Under the pieces are notes generated by a model. It made no database searches. It saw nothing but the letters and a program-made list of their open reading frames with translations, and was not told the DNA's origin. A DNA stretch of 64,000 nucleotides from a virus (lineage: Duplodnaviria > Caudoviricetes). How positions within the stretch are numbered: position 1 is the first letter of the stretch; every line of letters starts with the position of its first letter. The position numbers and the translations under genes were made by a program. Positions 44,638 through 53,882 of this stretch are shown in pieces. The stretch is taken from the IMG/VR virus record IMGVR_UViG_3300029288_000150, positions 1 to 64,000 of that record; one strand, written 5' to 3'.

Positions 44638-44685
44638 TTGACAAACGCCGGGCGGTATGATATAATGCCGGGGACGGTTGTCCAC
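44638..44685 (+). promoter_or_regulatory. Head/tail operon promoter with operator at the start site
   Basis: TTGACA (44638)-17-TATAAT (44661); GGGGACGGTTGTCCAC 44670-44685. Confidence 0.85.
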
Positions 44686-44744
44686 GTCGCGTTCGTGCGT
44701 TCGGGACAACTGTAACAGCATAGACCATCGCTGCGCCACAGTAA

Positions 44745-44783
44745 GCGCCTTTCCGGCTTTGCACCCGGAAAGGCGTTTTTTTT
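44745..44783 (+). terminator. Intrinsic terminator in the leader of the head operon
   Basis: Stem GCGCCTTTCCGG / CCGGAAAGGCGT followed by T run to 44783. Confidence 0.85.
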
Positions 44784-44799
44784 GTGTTCGGAGGGGGCC

Positions 44800-46368
44800 A
44801 TGCCCTGGAGTGTGACCAAGACCGGCAAATGCCCGGCCTCGAAACCCTGGGGGGTCGTGAAAGAGGGCGGGGAGCTGGAGGGCTGTCACGAGACCAAGGC
44901 CCAGGCCGAGGCCCAGCAGGCGGCCCTGTACGCATCGGAGGAACGGGGGATTATGAGCAAACTTCGAGAGTTGCGCGACCGGGTCCTGGCGCTGTTCCGC
45001 GAGGCCGGGATCGACGAGGAGCCGGGCGGGGACAGGGAGCGGGCGCTGAGCTCGGGCCAGATCCTGGAGCAGTTCTGGTACTCGCTCTCCGACTCCGAGG
45101 AACACTGGTCCGCCTGGCCCCTGGACATCTACCTGGACGGCGGCGAGACCTACGCCCTGGTGGCCGAGCGGGGCAGGCTGTACCGCGTGGGGCTGGGCGT
45201 GGGGGATGGCGGGGTGACGGCCGGGGAGTGGACCGAGGTGGAGACCGTCCACCAGCCGGTGGGCCGGACGCGGGTCTCCCGCCAGGCCGACGGGCGTTAC
45301 CGCTGGCTCAACATCTCGGCCACGGCCACCCTGAACCGGGTAGCCGAGATCGACTCCCGGGCGCTCTTTGACGACTTTATCCGCCGGGCCGAGGAGTCCG
45401 GCGAGTACCCCGGGCGGGACTTTTACCACCTGGGAGAGGCGGCCCGTCTGGGCCAGTGTGACTACCTGGCGCGGGATGACGCGGTCCTGATCAGCTCGGG
45501 GCTTTTCGACGAGACGCCCCTGGCCCTGGCCGTGGCCCGCGCCATCGAGGCGGAGCCGGGGGAGTGGGGGGACTCCATCTCCTACCGGCCCGAGGCCGAG
45601 GCCGAGCTCGTGGAGGTGGCCGAGGGGGTGCGCGTCCCGGTCTACAACGCCGGGGTGCTGCGCTACATCTCGACCCTGCCCGAGAGCCGGGCGGCCAGCC
45701 TATTTACCACGGCAACCGTGGGGGAGGTAACGAGGATGCGAGCAGACATCAAGGAGGCGCTGGAGCGCCTGAAAGGTCACGGCCTGAGCGACGAGGAGAT
45801 CGCGGCCATCGAGGGCGCGGTCGACGGCACAAACCGGGCCATCCAGGACGGCGGGATCATCAACCGCGAGGAGCCCCCCGACGCCGAGCCGGAAGGGGAC
45901 CAGGACCCGGAGCCCGAGCAGGCCGGGGACGTGGCCCGCGAGGAGCCCGAAGCCGAGGGGGAACCCGAAGCCGAGCCCGACCCGGAACCCGAAGCCGGCC
46001 GCGAGGTCGAGCTGGACGACGAGGCCCTGGCGGCCATCGTCGAGCGCGTGCTGTCCGGCGAGGCCGTTGCCGGCCTCCAGGCGCAGGTGGCGGCCCTGAC
46101 CGAGCAGGTGGACGGCCTGGCCCGGGAGTTGTCCGAGGCCCGGGCGTTGAACGTCAGGCGCTCCGCCGAGGTCGACGGGCGCCTGGTCGCGCTGGAGAAG
46201 ACCGACGAGGAGAAGCGGCGCACCTGGCAGGCGGACCTGCCGCCCCGGGCCCGCGACTCCCTGCGCGTCACCTACCGGCCCCGCGAGGCCAACGCCGGCG
46301 GGGATGGCGACGGGCCGGCCAACCTGGCGGCCGTGGCCGAGCAAACGATGAGCAAATGGGGCGCCTAG
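44800..46368 (+). CDS. Probable prohead protease/scaffold protein
   Basis: Position before capsid gene; N-terminal GCHETKAQAEAQQAAL module, central beta domain, acidic Pro/Glu linker and coiled-coil C-terminus. Confidence 0.65.
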   Translation: MPWSVTKTGKCPASKPWGVVKEGGELEGCHETKAQAEAQQAALYASEERGIMSKLRELRDRVLALFREAGIDEEPGGDRERALSSGQILEQFWYSLSDSEEHWSAWPLDIYLDGGETYALVAERGRLYRVGLGVGDGGVTAGEWTEVETVHQPVGRTRVSRQADGRYRWLNISATATLNRVAEIDSRALFDDFIRRAEESGEYPGRDFYHLGEAARLGQCDYLARDDAVLISSGLFDETPLALAVARAIEAEPGEWGDSISYRPEAEAELVEVAEGVRVPVYNAGVLRYISTLPESRAASLFTTATVGEVTRMRADIKEALERLKGHGLSDEEIAAIEGAVDGTNRAIQDGGIINREEPPDAEPEGDQDPEPEQAGDVAREEPEAEGEPEAEPDPEPEAGREVELDDEALAAIVERVLSGEAVAGLQAQVAALTEQVDGLARELSEARALNVRRSAEVDGRLVALEKTDEEKRRTWQADLPPRARDSLRVTYRPREANAGGDGDGPANLAAVAEQTMSKWGA

Positions 46369-46406
46369 TCCCCCCCAGGGCGGCACGACATAGAGGAGGC
46401 TTTACC

Positions 46407-47714
46407 ATGAACGCGAAAACCCGCGATCTGACCGTGTCGGACCTGGCCACCACCTACGGGTGTTGTGGCCTGTATGATATGTGTTCCGACGAGGACCTGG
46501 TCAGCCTGTCGCTCCAGGGCGCCGATCAGTTCCTGGACTGGCTCGGCTGGCAGGGTACGGACGTCTGCGTCATCAAGAAAAACTTTGTGACCTGGATCCG
46601 CCCCGAGCAGGCCGGCGGCGTCTGCACCGACGGCTACACCGCGGACCCCTGCGCCGACGCCAACGGCGTGGAGTTCGGCGTGTGCGACTTCACGCTCGAG
46701 GACTTTGCCCGCATCCGGCGCCATGGCCCCGTGCGCGACGTCACCAAGAACGACCTGCGCTACTGCGACCGCCAGCCGCGCTATCGCCTGGATGGCTCGC
46801 AGATCGCCGACAACCGCGAGTTCGACATCATCGCCACGGCCGAGGTCATGCTGCAGGACGTGCGGCGCATGGTCATCACCGGCAACGGCGCGGTGGCCGG
46901 CCAGGCCGACGGCCTGGAGAACCTGGTGGTCACGGGCTACACCAACTCGGCCGGGCGGCGCTGCGCGTCGATGGACTCCTACGTCATCGACTGGAACCAG
47001 AACGGCATGGACGGCGGGGCGGGCATCACCGTCAACGGCGACCCCATCGCCGCCACCTGGGGCTTTGTCGACGCCCTGCTGGCCGTGTTCCGCCGCGTGC
47101 GGAAGCGCATCCGCCTGGCGCCCATGCTGGCCTCCCGGCTGGGGGCGGGCCTGGACATCATCCTGCTCCTGCCGTCCCACCTGACCAACTGCGTCCTGAA
47201 CGCCTACACCTGCTGGAGCGTGTGCCCGGGCCGCCAGTACAACGAGGCCAACCTTAACACCTACGAGGCCCGCAACTTCCGCAACTCCCTGCTGGGCGGC
47301 CGGTTCGGCGCGGGGGCCATCTCCCTGGACGGGACCACCATCCCGCTCCTGGAGTACGACTGGGAGCTCATCAAGGGCCCGAGCTGCGGGGACATCTACC
47401 TGCTCATCGGCGGCGTGGGCAACGTCAAGGTGCTGAACGGCCAGCACCTGGACATGGCCGGCGCCCCCCGCGCCTACCCGGGGGCCGAGTACCGGGTCTC
47501 GGACGGCGGGCGGTTCCTGCACTGGACGATCACCGATCACACCTGCGTCCAGGAATACCAGGAGTTCGCGCCGCGGATCCTGTGCTGGGCGCCCTGGGCC
47601 CAAACCCGCTTTATGGACGTGTGCTGCGACTCGGTGCTCGATCCTCTGAGCCCCGATCCGTGCGAGACGTCCTTCTTCCCGGAGACGTCGTTCAGCGTCG
47701 CCGCCTGCCCCTAG
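46407..47714 (+). CDS. Probable major capsid protein (Cys-rich)
   Basis: 435 aa, strong GAGGAGG RBS, follows scaffold; ITGNG..GQ.DGL motif resembles HK97-fold capsids. Confidence 0.7.
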   Translation: MNAKTRDLTVSDLATTYGCCGLYDMCSDEDLVSLSLQGADQFLDWLGWQGTDVCVIKKNFVTWIRPEQAGGVCTDGYTADPCADANGVEFGVCDFTLEDFARIRRHGPVRDVTKNDLRYCDRQPRYRLDGSQIADNREFDIIATAEVMLQDVRRMVITGNGAVAGQADGLENLVVTGYTNSAGRRCASMDSYVIDWNQNGMDGGAGITVNGDPIAATWGFVDALLAVFRRVRKRIRLAPMLASRLGAGLDIILLLPSHLTNCVLNAYTCWSVCPGRQYNEANLNTYEARNFRNSLLGGRFGAGAISLDGTTIPLLEYDWELIKGPSCGDIYLLIGGVGNVKVLNGQHLDMAGAPRAYPGAEYRVSDGGRFLHWTITDHTCVQEYQEFAPRILCWAPWAQTRFMDVCCDSVLDPLSPDPCETSFFPETSFSVAACP

Positions 47715-47790
47715 TGGCGGGGCGTAGCCAGGTGGCCGGGGTGGGCCGTACCCGCCCCGGCCCCGGCGAAATCCGGGGAGACGCGGGGGC

Positions 47791-49905
47791 ATGATCGAGA
47801 ACCTGACGGTTGTGGTGCCGTTCTGGAACGGGCAGGCGACCCTGCCGCGGCTGCTGGCCAGCCTGCCGGCGGGGCTGCCCGTGATCGTCGTGGACGATCA
47901 CTCCGACAAGCCGCCCCAGACAAAAAGGCCCGGCGTGCGGGTCATCCGCCCGCCACAGAAGGGCTTTTTCGCCGGGGCGGTCAACGCGGGCCTGGCGGCT
48001 TGCGGGACCGACGTCCTGGTCCTGAACCAGGACGTGTGGCTCGAGGGGGAGCAGTGGCTGGCGGCCGTGGCAAAGATGCGCCGGACCTACGCCGTCTTTG
48101 GCGACGGCGTGGAGGCCCATCCCGCGTGGCCGCGGGGCTACGTCCACGGGACATTCATGTTCATGCGCCGGGACGCCATCGCCGCAGTGGGCGGCCTCAA
48201 CGAGCGGGACTATCCGCTGTGGGGCTGCACCTGCGAGTGGCAGCTCCGGGCCTGCCGGGCCGGCTTCCGGGCCCACGTCTCGCGGAAACTCTGGCGCCAG
48301 TGGTTCGGCCACGAGGGCCGGCACGACGTGGGGTCCAGGGTCAACCCTGGACCCACGCGTGGGTCCAGGGTCAAGGGCGGGCGCCGGGCGCGGTATGGGT
48401 CCTCCATCCGGGAGGCCATCGGCCGCTGGCCGGGGCAGCGGGCCCGCTTCCTGGCCGTGCCGCCCGCGGTCTCGGTGATCGTGCCCTGTTTCAACTATGG
48501 GCGGTACTTGCCGGACTGCATCGCCAGCCTCGTGGGCGGGGACACGTCCCTGGGGCGCTGGGAGCCGCCGGGGCAGACCTTCCAGAGCTTCGAGGTGATC
48601 ATCGTCGACGACGCCTCGACGGACGATAGCTGGCAGGTGGCCCAGGCCCTGGCCGACCCGTGGAAGGGCGTCCACGCCATCCGGCTCCCCAGGAACCGGG
48701 GCACGCCGGGGGCCATCAACGCCGGGATCGAGCGGGCCCGGGGGGAGTACATTCACATCCTGTCGGCTGACGATATGCGGGAGCCGTGGGGTCTGGAGGT
48801 GCTGTATCGCGCCTGCCAGGAGCACCCGGGCATGGTCGCCTATGGCAACGTGCGGATCTTTGGCGACGGCCAGCGGGGCCGGATGCTGACCCTGCCGGGG
48901 TACGACTTTGACCTGGTGCTGCACAAAAATCCCATGCCCGCCGGGATCATGTACCCCCGGGCGGCCTGGGAGGCGGTCGGGGGCTATCCCGAGGTGATGA
49001 AACTCGGCCGCGAGGACTGGGCCTTTAACATCCGCCTGGGGGCGGCCGGCTACTGCGGGCACCACGTCGGCGACTCGGGCAACCTCTACCGCCGCGAGGG
49101 CCAGAACCGGAGCTTGCGGACGGGCAACGTCCACCGCAGGGAGGCGGCCGGCGGGCCGGGCGCCGTCGCCCGGGGGACGTTCAAGGCGCAACTGAAAAAG
49201 CTGTACCCGAGACTGTATGCAGGTTGGAGGCCGCCAATGTGCTGCGGACGACAAAATACACCCAAGGCCACGCCCCGAGCCCGGGCGCTGCCGGGGGCGG
49301 CGCTGGAGCCCGTCCTGGGCAGCCGGCGCCAGCCGGAGATCGGCACCCCGGCGCCGGGCATGGAGTGGCTGGAATACGTCGGCGGGAACGCCGGCAACTC
49401 GCGCTGGATCGGCCCGGCGACGGGCACGCGCTACATCTTTGGCGGGGGTCGGCCCGTGGGCCAGGTGTACGCCGAGGACGCCAGGGGGCTCCTGGACCTG
49501 CGGCACAACACCCGGGCCGTGTTCCGCCGCTACAAGCTGCCGGCGCCCGTCGCGCCTGCCGCGCCCGCGCCTGCCGTCGCGGCTGCGGCTCCCCGCGGCA
49601 AGCCCACGGCCCCCAGGATCGCGGGCACTCCGAACCCCGCGGAACGGGAGCCCGAGCTGGTGGACGTGGCGGCCCCGGAGCCTGAACCGCGGGCCGGGCC
49701 CGTCCCGGCCGACGACCTGACCAGGATCGCGGGCGTGGGGCCGGCGACGGCCGCCAGGCTGGACGCCGCGGGCTTTGGCGCCTTCGCCACCCTGGCGGGG
49801 GCCTCGCCCGAGACGGTGGCCCGGCTGGCCGGCATCCCGCGGGCCACGGCGGAGCGGGCGGTAGCCGGCGCGGCGGCCGTGCTGTCCGGGGAGGGCGACG
49901 GATGA
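47791..49905 (+). CDS. Double GT2 glycosyltransferase fused to MCCG module and HhH domain
   Basis: VVVPFWN..IVVDDHS..NQD; VIVPCFNY..IIVDDASTD..LSADD; C-terminal DDLTRIAGVGPATAARL. Confidence 0.9.
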   Translation: MIENLTVVVPFWNGQATLPRLLASLPAGLPVIVVDDHSDKPPQTKRPGVRVIRPPQKGFFAGAVNAGLAACGTDVLVLNQDVWLEGEQWLAAVAKMRRTYAVFGDGVEAHPAWPRGYVHGTFMFMRRDAIAAVGGLNERDYPLWGCTCEWQLRACRAGFRAHVSRKLWRQWFGHEGRHDVGSRVNPGPTRGSRVKGGRRARYGSSIREAIGRWPGQRARFLAVPPAVSVIVPCFNYGRYLPDCIASLVGGDTSLGRWEPPGQTFQSFEVIIVDDASTDDSWQVAQALADPWKGVHAIRLPRNRGTPGAINAGIERARGEYIHILSADDMREPWGLEVLYRACQEHPGMVAYGNVRIFGDGQRGRMLTLPGYDFDLVLHKNPMPAGIMYPRAAWEAVGGYPEVMKLGREDWAFNIRLGAAGYCGHHVGDSGNLYRREGQNRSLRTGNVHRREAAGGPGAVARGTFKAQLKKLYPRLYAGWRPPMCCGRQNTPKATPRARALPGAALEPVLGSRRQPEIGTPAPGMEWLEYVGGNAGNSRWIGPATGTRYIFGGGRPVGQVYAEDARGLLDLRHNTRAVFRRYKLPAPVAPAAPAPAVAAAAPRGKPTAPRIAGTPNPAEREPELVDVAAPEPEPRAGPVPADDLTRIAGVGPATAARLDAAGFGAFATLAGASPETVARLAGIPRATAERAVAGAAAVLSGEGDG
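48345..48370. repeat. 26-bp perfect palindrome, copy 2, with flanking 14-bp direct repeat
   Basis: GGGTCCAGGGTCAA at 48331 and 48361 (30-bp period, in frame). Confidence 0.9.
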
Positions 49906-50246
49906 TCGCCTACGGCGCCGGGGACCTCGTGCACCTGGCTGTCCTGGCCCTGGCGGCCTGGCGGCTGGCGGTCGCCCTCTACATGGAGGGCGGTCTCTGG
50001 CTTCGCCTGCGACTCCTGGCCCAGCGGCGGGGCGGCTTCTGGCAGGAGCAGCTATCCTGTTTCTGGTGCTGCACCAGCTGGGCCGCGGGCCTGGTGTGGG
50101 CCCTGGGGCGGGCGCTGCCCCTCGTGGCGGGCGGGGGATGGGCATGGGAGTACCTGCTGGAGGTGCCGGCGCTGTCCGCGGCGGCGCTCCTGGCGAGCCA
50201 CGCCGGCCGGGCGGTGTGGTCCGAGATGCGTGAGGGAGGAGGCTAG
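49902..50246 (+). CDS. DUF1360-like membrane protein
   Basis: LAAWRLA...LSCFWCCTSWAA pattern. Confidence 0.6.
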   Translation: MIAYGAGDLVHLAVLALAAWRLAVALYMEGGLWLRLRLLAQRRGGFWQEQLSCFWCCTSWAAGLVWALGRALPLVAGGGWAWEYLLEVPALSAAALLASHAGRAVWSEMREGGG

Positions 50247-50247
50247 C

Positions 50248-50850
50248 ATGGCGCCGAGATACATTGTCGAGTTTGTGCGAATGCTCGCCGGCGGGCACCA
50301 CCAGCCGTGCGGGAACCGGGTGCAACTGGAGGACGCGGCGGGGAACCTCGTCGCGCCCCTGCCCGACGGCGGGGACGTCAACCTGGCCGAGTACGGCGGG
50401 GCGGCCGTGGGCGAGACCAACCCGGTCGACGTGGCGGATACCTGGGTGCCGATCATCGTGCCCGACGTGACGGCGAACGACTCGGACAAGACCCTCACCG
50501 TGCCCGTCATGACCCTGTGGCAGGTGCTGTGGATTCGGGTGGAGTTGACCACGACGGCCACGGCCGGCGACCGGCAACTCGCCATCCAGATCCTGGACAC
50601 GGGGCCTGACGTGATCGCCGAGTTCCGGCCCCGCGTCACCCAGGCGGCCAGCCTGGCCTATGTGTACCAGTTCGCGCCGGGCATGGCCCAGGACACCGCC
50701 GTCTACGATACGGACCTGGTCACCACGCCCCTGCCGCCAACCCTGATCCTGGACCCCGAGTTCAGCCTGCGGATCTATGACAACAACGCCGTGGATGCCG
50801 CGGCGGACGACATGGTCGTCCAACTCATGGTCGCCCGGAGGGCGCTCTAG
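50248..50850 (+). CDS. Hypothetical beta-rich virion protein
   Basis: GGAGG RBS; beta-sandwich-like composition. Confidence 0.6.
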   Translation: MAPRYIVEFVRMLAGGHHQPCGNRVQLEDAAGNLVAPLPDGGDVNLAEYGGAAVGETNPVDVADTWVPIIVPDVTANDSDKTLTVPVMTLWQVLWIRVELTTTATAGDRQLAIQILDTGPDVIAEFRPRVTQAASLAYVYQFAPGMAQDTAVYDTDLVTTPLPPTLILDPEFSLRIYDNNAVDAAADDMVVQLMVARRAL

Positions 50851-50852
50851 CC

Positions 50853-52724
50853 ATGTTCCGCAGGGTGGGCGGCCCGGGGATGCGCGGCATAGGCGGGATC
50901 GCACTGGCCGATCTTGATTGCGGCATTGGGCAGAATGCCGCGAGTACCCTGCCCACTGGCCTGCTGGCCTACTGGCCGCTTGGGGAGGCCAGCGGCAACC
51001 GGGTGGACGCCACGTTGCGTGGCAACGATCTCGCACCGAGCGGCGCCGTGGTCTGGGGATGGGGGCTGAATCAGCACTGTGCCGAATTCACCGGGATCGG
51101 CTCGGGATTCCTGACCATTGCCAGCAACGCGGATCTCTCGCCGGGCGACAATGATTTTACCGTCGTTTGCGCGGTGCGGTTTGATGCGGTAGGGACGAAT
51201 GCGATCTGGTCAAAATATAGCACAACGGACAATCAGCGCGGTTATCGTTTGGTTTACAACGCGACAACAAGCCGCTTCTGTTTCCAGGTGAGCGCCGATG
51301 GCGTTGCCGCCGTGACAGTTCAAGCGGACAACGCCGGGGCGGCAGCTATCGATACCTGGTATCTAATCCGCTGCTGGTACGATGCAACGAATGACCTGGC
51401 CTACATCCAGGTGGATACCAACGCCGCCGACAGTGGCGCACACGCAGGCGGTATTTTCAATAATAGCGCGACACCTTTCATGGTCGGTGATGATGACTCC
51501 AACACCCCGATAAATGGACGAGTAGACGAACTGGGGGTTTGGAATCGCATCCTGAGCGATGCGGAGTGGCTAGAGTGGCGGAACGGCGGCGCTGTGCTGA
51601 CCTATCCGTTCGACGGCGCGGCATTGCCTGTAGCGAATATAAGTATCAGTTCGTCCAATGCCTGCCGGGTGCCGCACCAGCGTCAATGTTTCTACGCCGC
51701 CGGCCGCTACTGGATTTTCTACAGCGATGCCAGCCGGAATCTATGGTACGCGAGCACTACCGACAACGAGCACTGGATCGAGCCGGTCAATCTGACCACG
51801 TTCCCGCAGTACGACGCGCAATGGTCGGTCGCCTGGGATGGCACGTATCTGCATATCACCAAAGTGATCCAGAACGGCGGCGTGGGCCTGGTCCACGACG
51901 GGCTGACCTACCGGCGGGGCACGCTGGGGATAGACGGCGTGATCACCTGGGACGCAGACTGGCAAATCGTGCTGGCTACCGGCAATTTCGTCGGGGATCC
52001 CTCGCTGGCCGTAGCGACGGATGGGGCGGTGTGGGTCGGATATAAAAATGCGACGGCAGGCGATGCGTGCGTCGTCAAAAACAGCGCAGTTGACGGCACA
52101 TGGGCGACGGCGGCGGGTTTTCCGGTGCAACTCACAATCACGACCGACAACCGCCACGCGATGGTCGCACCGCTCGCGGCGGGCGGGATACACGCTACCG
52201 TCTACCGCTACGGCACGGATGATACGGCGCTCGGATTTTATTCGGCTGACGGTGGGGCGGTATTTGCCAGTGAAGGCGCGATCACCGCATCCAACGTCGA
52301 GACCAACAGCGGGGCCGGGGCTCAAGTGGGTCGCATCGAGAGCGCCAGCGAGGGTGACGGGATTGTCCACCTGGCATACCAGACGGACGACCAGAAGATC
52401 ATGTATCGCCAGCGTTCGGCGCTTGGAGTGTGGGGTACGGAGGTCGAGCTAGACGACGGAACCAATGTCACGGCGGCAATTAGCTCGCCGCGCATTTCAT
52501 TCAACGGCAGCGGCGAGATTTACGTCATGTGGTCCACGGCGGCCAACATTTTCATGCGGAAATATAGTGCCGGGGCGTGGGGCGCGGCGACAGCGGTTGT
52601 GACTGAATCGCTGGAGGCCACATTTGAACACGCCATGCCGGCAGAGTTGACGAACGGGGCCACGCTGCAACTGGCGTACCTGACAGACGCGAATCTGGTA
52701 CGCCATAGATTGCTGACGTTGTGA
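50853..52724 (+). CDS. LamG/concanavalin-A-like domain plus BNR-type propeller (adhesin or decoration protein)
   Basis: LLAYWPLGE, FNGRVDELGVWNRILSDAE-type LamG end, repeated WW/SADGG blades; lower GC. Confidence 0.75.
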   Translation: MFRRVGGPGMRGIGGIALADLDCGIGQNAASTLPTGLLAYWPLGEASGNRVDATLRGNDLAPSGAVVWGWGLNQHCAEFTGIGSGFLTIASNADLSPGDNDFTVVCAVRFDAVGTNAIWSKYSTTDNQRGYRLVYNATTSRFCFQVSADGVAAVTVQADNAGAAAIDTWYLIRCWYDATNDLAYIQVDTNAADSGAHAGGIFNNSATPFMVGDDDSNTPINGRVDELGVWNRILSDAEWLEWRNGGAVLTYPFDGAALPVANISISSSNACRVPHQRQCFYAAGRYWIFYSDASRNLWYASTTDNEHWIEPVNLTTFPQYDAQWSVAWDGTYLHITKVIQNGGVGLVHDGLTYRRGTLGIDGVITWDADWQIVLATGNFVGDPSLAVATDGAVWVGYKNATAGDACVVKNSAVDGTWATAAGFPVQLTITTDNRHAMVAPLAAGGIHATVYRYGTDDTALGFYSADGGAVFASEGAITASNVETNSGAGAQVGRIESASEGDGIVHLAYQTDDQKIMYRQRSALGVWGTEVELDDGTNVTAAISSPRISFNGSGEIYVMWSTAANIFMRKYSAGAWGAATAVVTESLEATFEHAMPAELTNGATLQLAYLTDANLVRHRLLTL

Positions 52725-52787
52725 TCGCGGCAATCGGCTACAACCCGCTCTTGCGGGTGCGCCTCTTTCGGCTAACAGGGGGCAGGG

Positions 52788-53882
52788 GTGACGGTAGTAC
52801 CGGAACAATCGGCCATAATTGAGGAGGGTTCGGCGGTCTCGATGGCCCGCTACGCCAAGATCGTGGGCTACTGGGAGTGCTCGTTCTTTGGCGTCAACCG
52901 GCCCGGGGCTCCCCAGTCCTGCCGGTCGATCTGGGTCAAGCGCGAGCGGGACCTGATCGACCACTACCTGGCCGAGGGCCAGGAGGAGCTGGAGAACGAG
53001 ATCGGCTACCCCCTCGGCACCTGGCGCTGGTTCCAGGATGCCATGGCCTACCGGCAGCCCATCCGCGCCCGCCGGGGCTGGGTGCTCGAGGGCGGCGTCC
53101 GGGCCGTGGCCGTCGTCGCCGCCGGCGTGGCCGTCGATCACACGGCCGACCCGGCGACCATTGGCCCCGTGCCCACGGCGGTCACGGACCCCGACGAGCT
53201 GCGCCTCTACTATCCCGCCGCCCTGGTCGAGGAGGAGCTCGAGATCCACCCCTCCGACGTCGACCTGGCCGGGGGCTTTGTGACCTTCCGGGTGCCCCGC
53301 TGCCGGATGGTCCACCCCGACGTGGCCGACAACCCGCGGACGGGGTTGGACTATGCCGACCTGGCCAACTTCCTGGCGACCGTGGACGTGCGGCGGGTCT
53401 ACAACGACCCGGGCACCCAGGCCGTGCTCCACTGGCCCAACCGCTCAAGCGCAAGTTGCCTGCCGGGCTGCTGCTGCCCCACCTGCTCCACCTACAGCGC
53501 GACGGCGTGCATCACCGTCCGCGACGCGGAGCGGGGCAGCCTGTCGCTCCTGCCGGCGACCTACAGCGCCGGGGCCTGGACGGCCACCTGCCCCGCCTCG
53601 TGTTGTGTCGGCCGGCCGGAGTTCGTGACCCTCAACTATCGGGCGGGGCGGGCCCTGACCCGCCAGGCCGAGGACGCCATCGTCCGCCTGGCCCACGCCA
53701 AGATGCCGGCGGAGCCGTGCGGGTGCGAGGTGGTCAAATTGCTCTGGGAGCGGGACCGGAACGTGCCCGAGGTGGTGACCAGGGAGCGGCTCAATTGCAG
53801 GTTCGGCACCTCGGACGGCGCCTGGGCCGCCTGGCAGTTCGCCCAGGCCCTGCGCCTGCACCGTGGCGGGAGGCCCCTCTAG
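52788..53882 (+). CDS. Probable head-tail adaptor (Cys-rich)
   Basis: Position; AEGQEELENEIGY, VTLNYRAG...AIVRLA adaptor-like pattern. Confidence 0.55.
   Translation: MTVVPEQSAIIEEGSAVSMARYAKIVGYWECSFFGVNRPGAPQSCRSIWVKRERDLIDHYLAEGQEELENEIGYPLGTWRWFQDAMAYRQPIRARRGWVLEGGVRAVAVVAAGVAVDHTADPATIGPVPTAVTDPDELRLYYPAALVEEELEIHPSDVDLAGGFVTFRVPRCRMVHPDVADNPRTGLDYADLANFLATVDVRRVYNDPGTQAVLHWPNRSSASCLPGCCCPTCSTYSATACITVRDAERGSLSLLPATYSAGAWTATCPASCCVGRPEFVTLNYRAGRALTRQAEDAIVRLAHAKMPAEPCGCEVVKLLWERDRNVPEVVTRERLNCRFGTSDGAWAAWQFAQALRLHRGGRPL

Noticed and set aside
47692-51036. 1114-aa minus-strand ORF (also 58422..61598, 19955..21916, 30527..32713 and similar)
   Set aside because: Antisense shadows of well-supported plus-strand genes; Pro/Gly/Arg-rich with no domains
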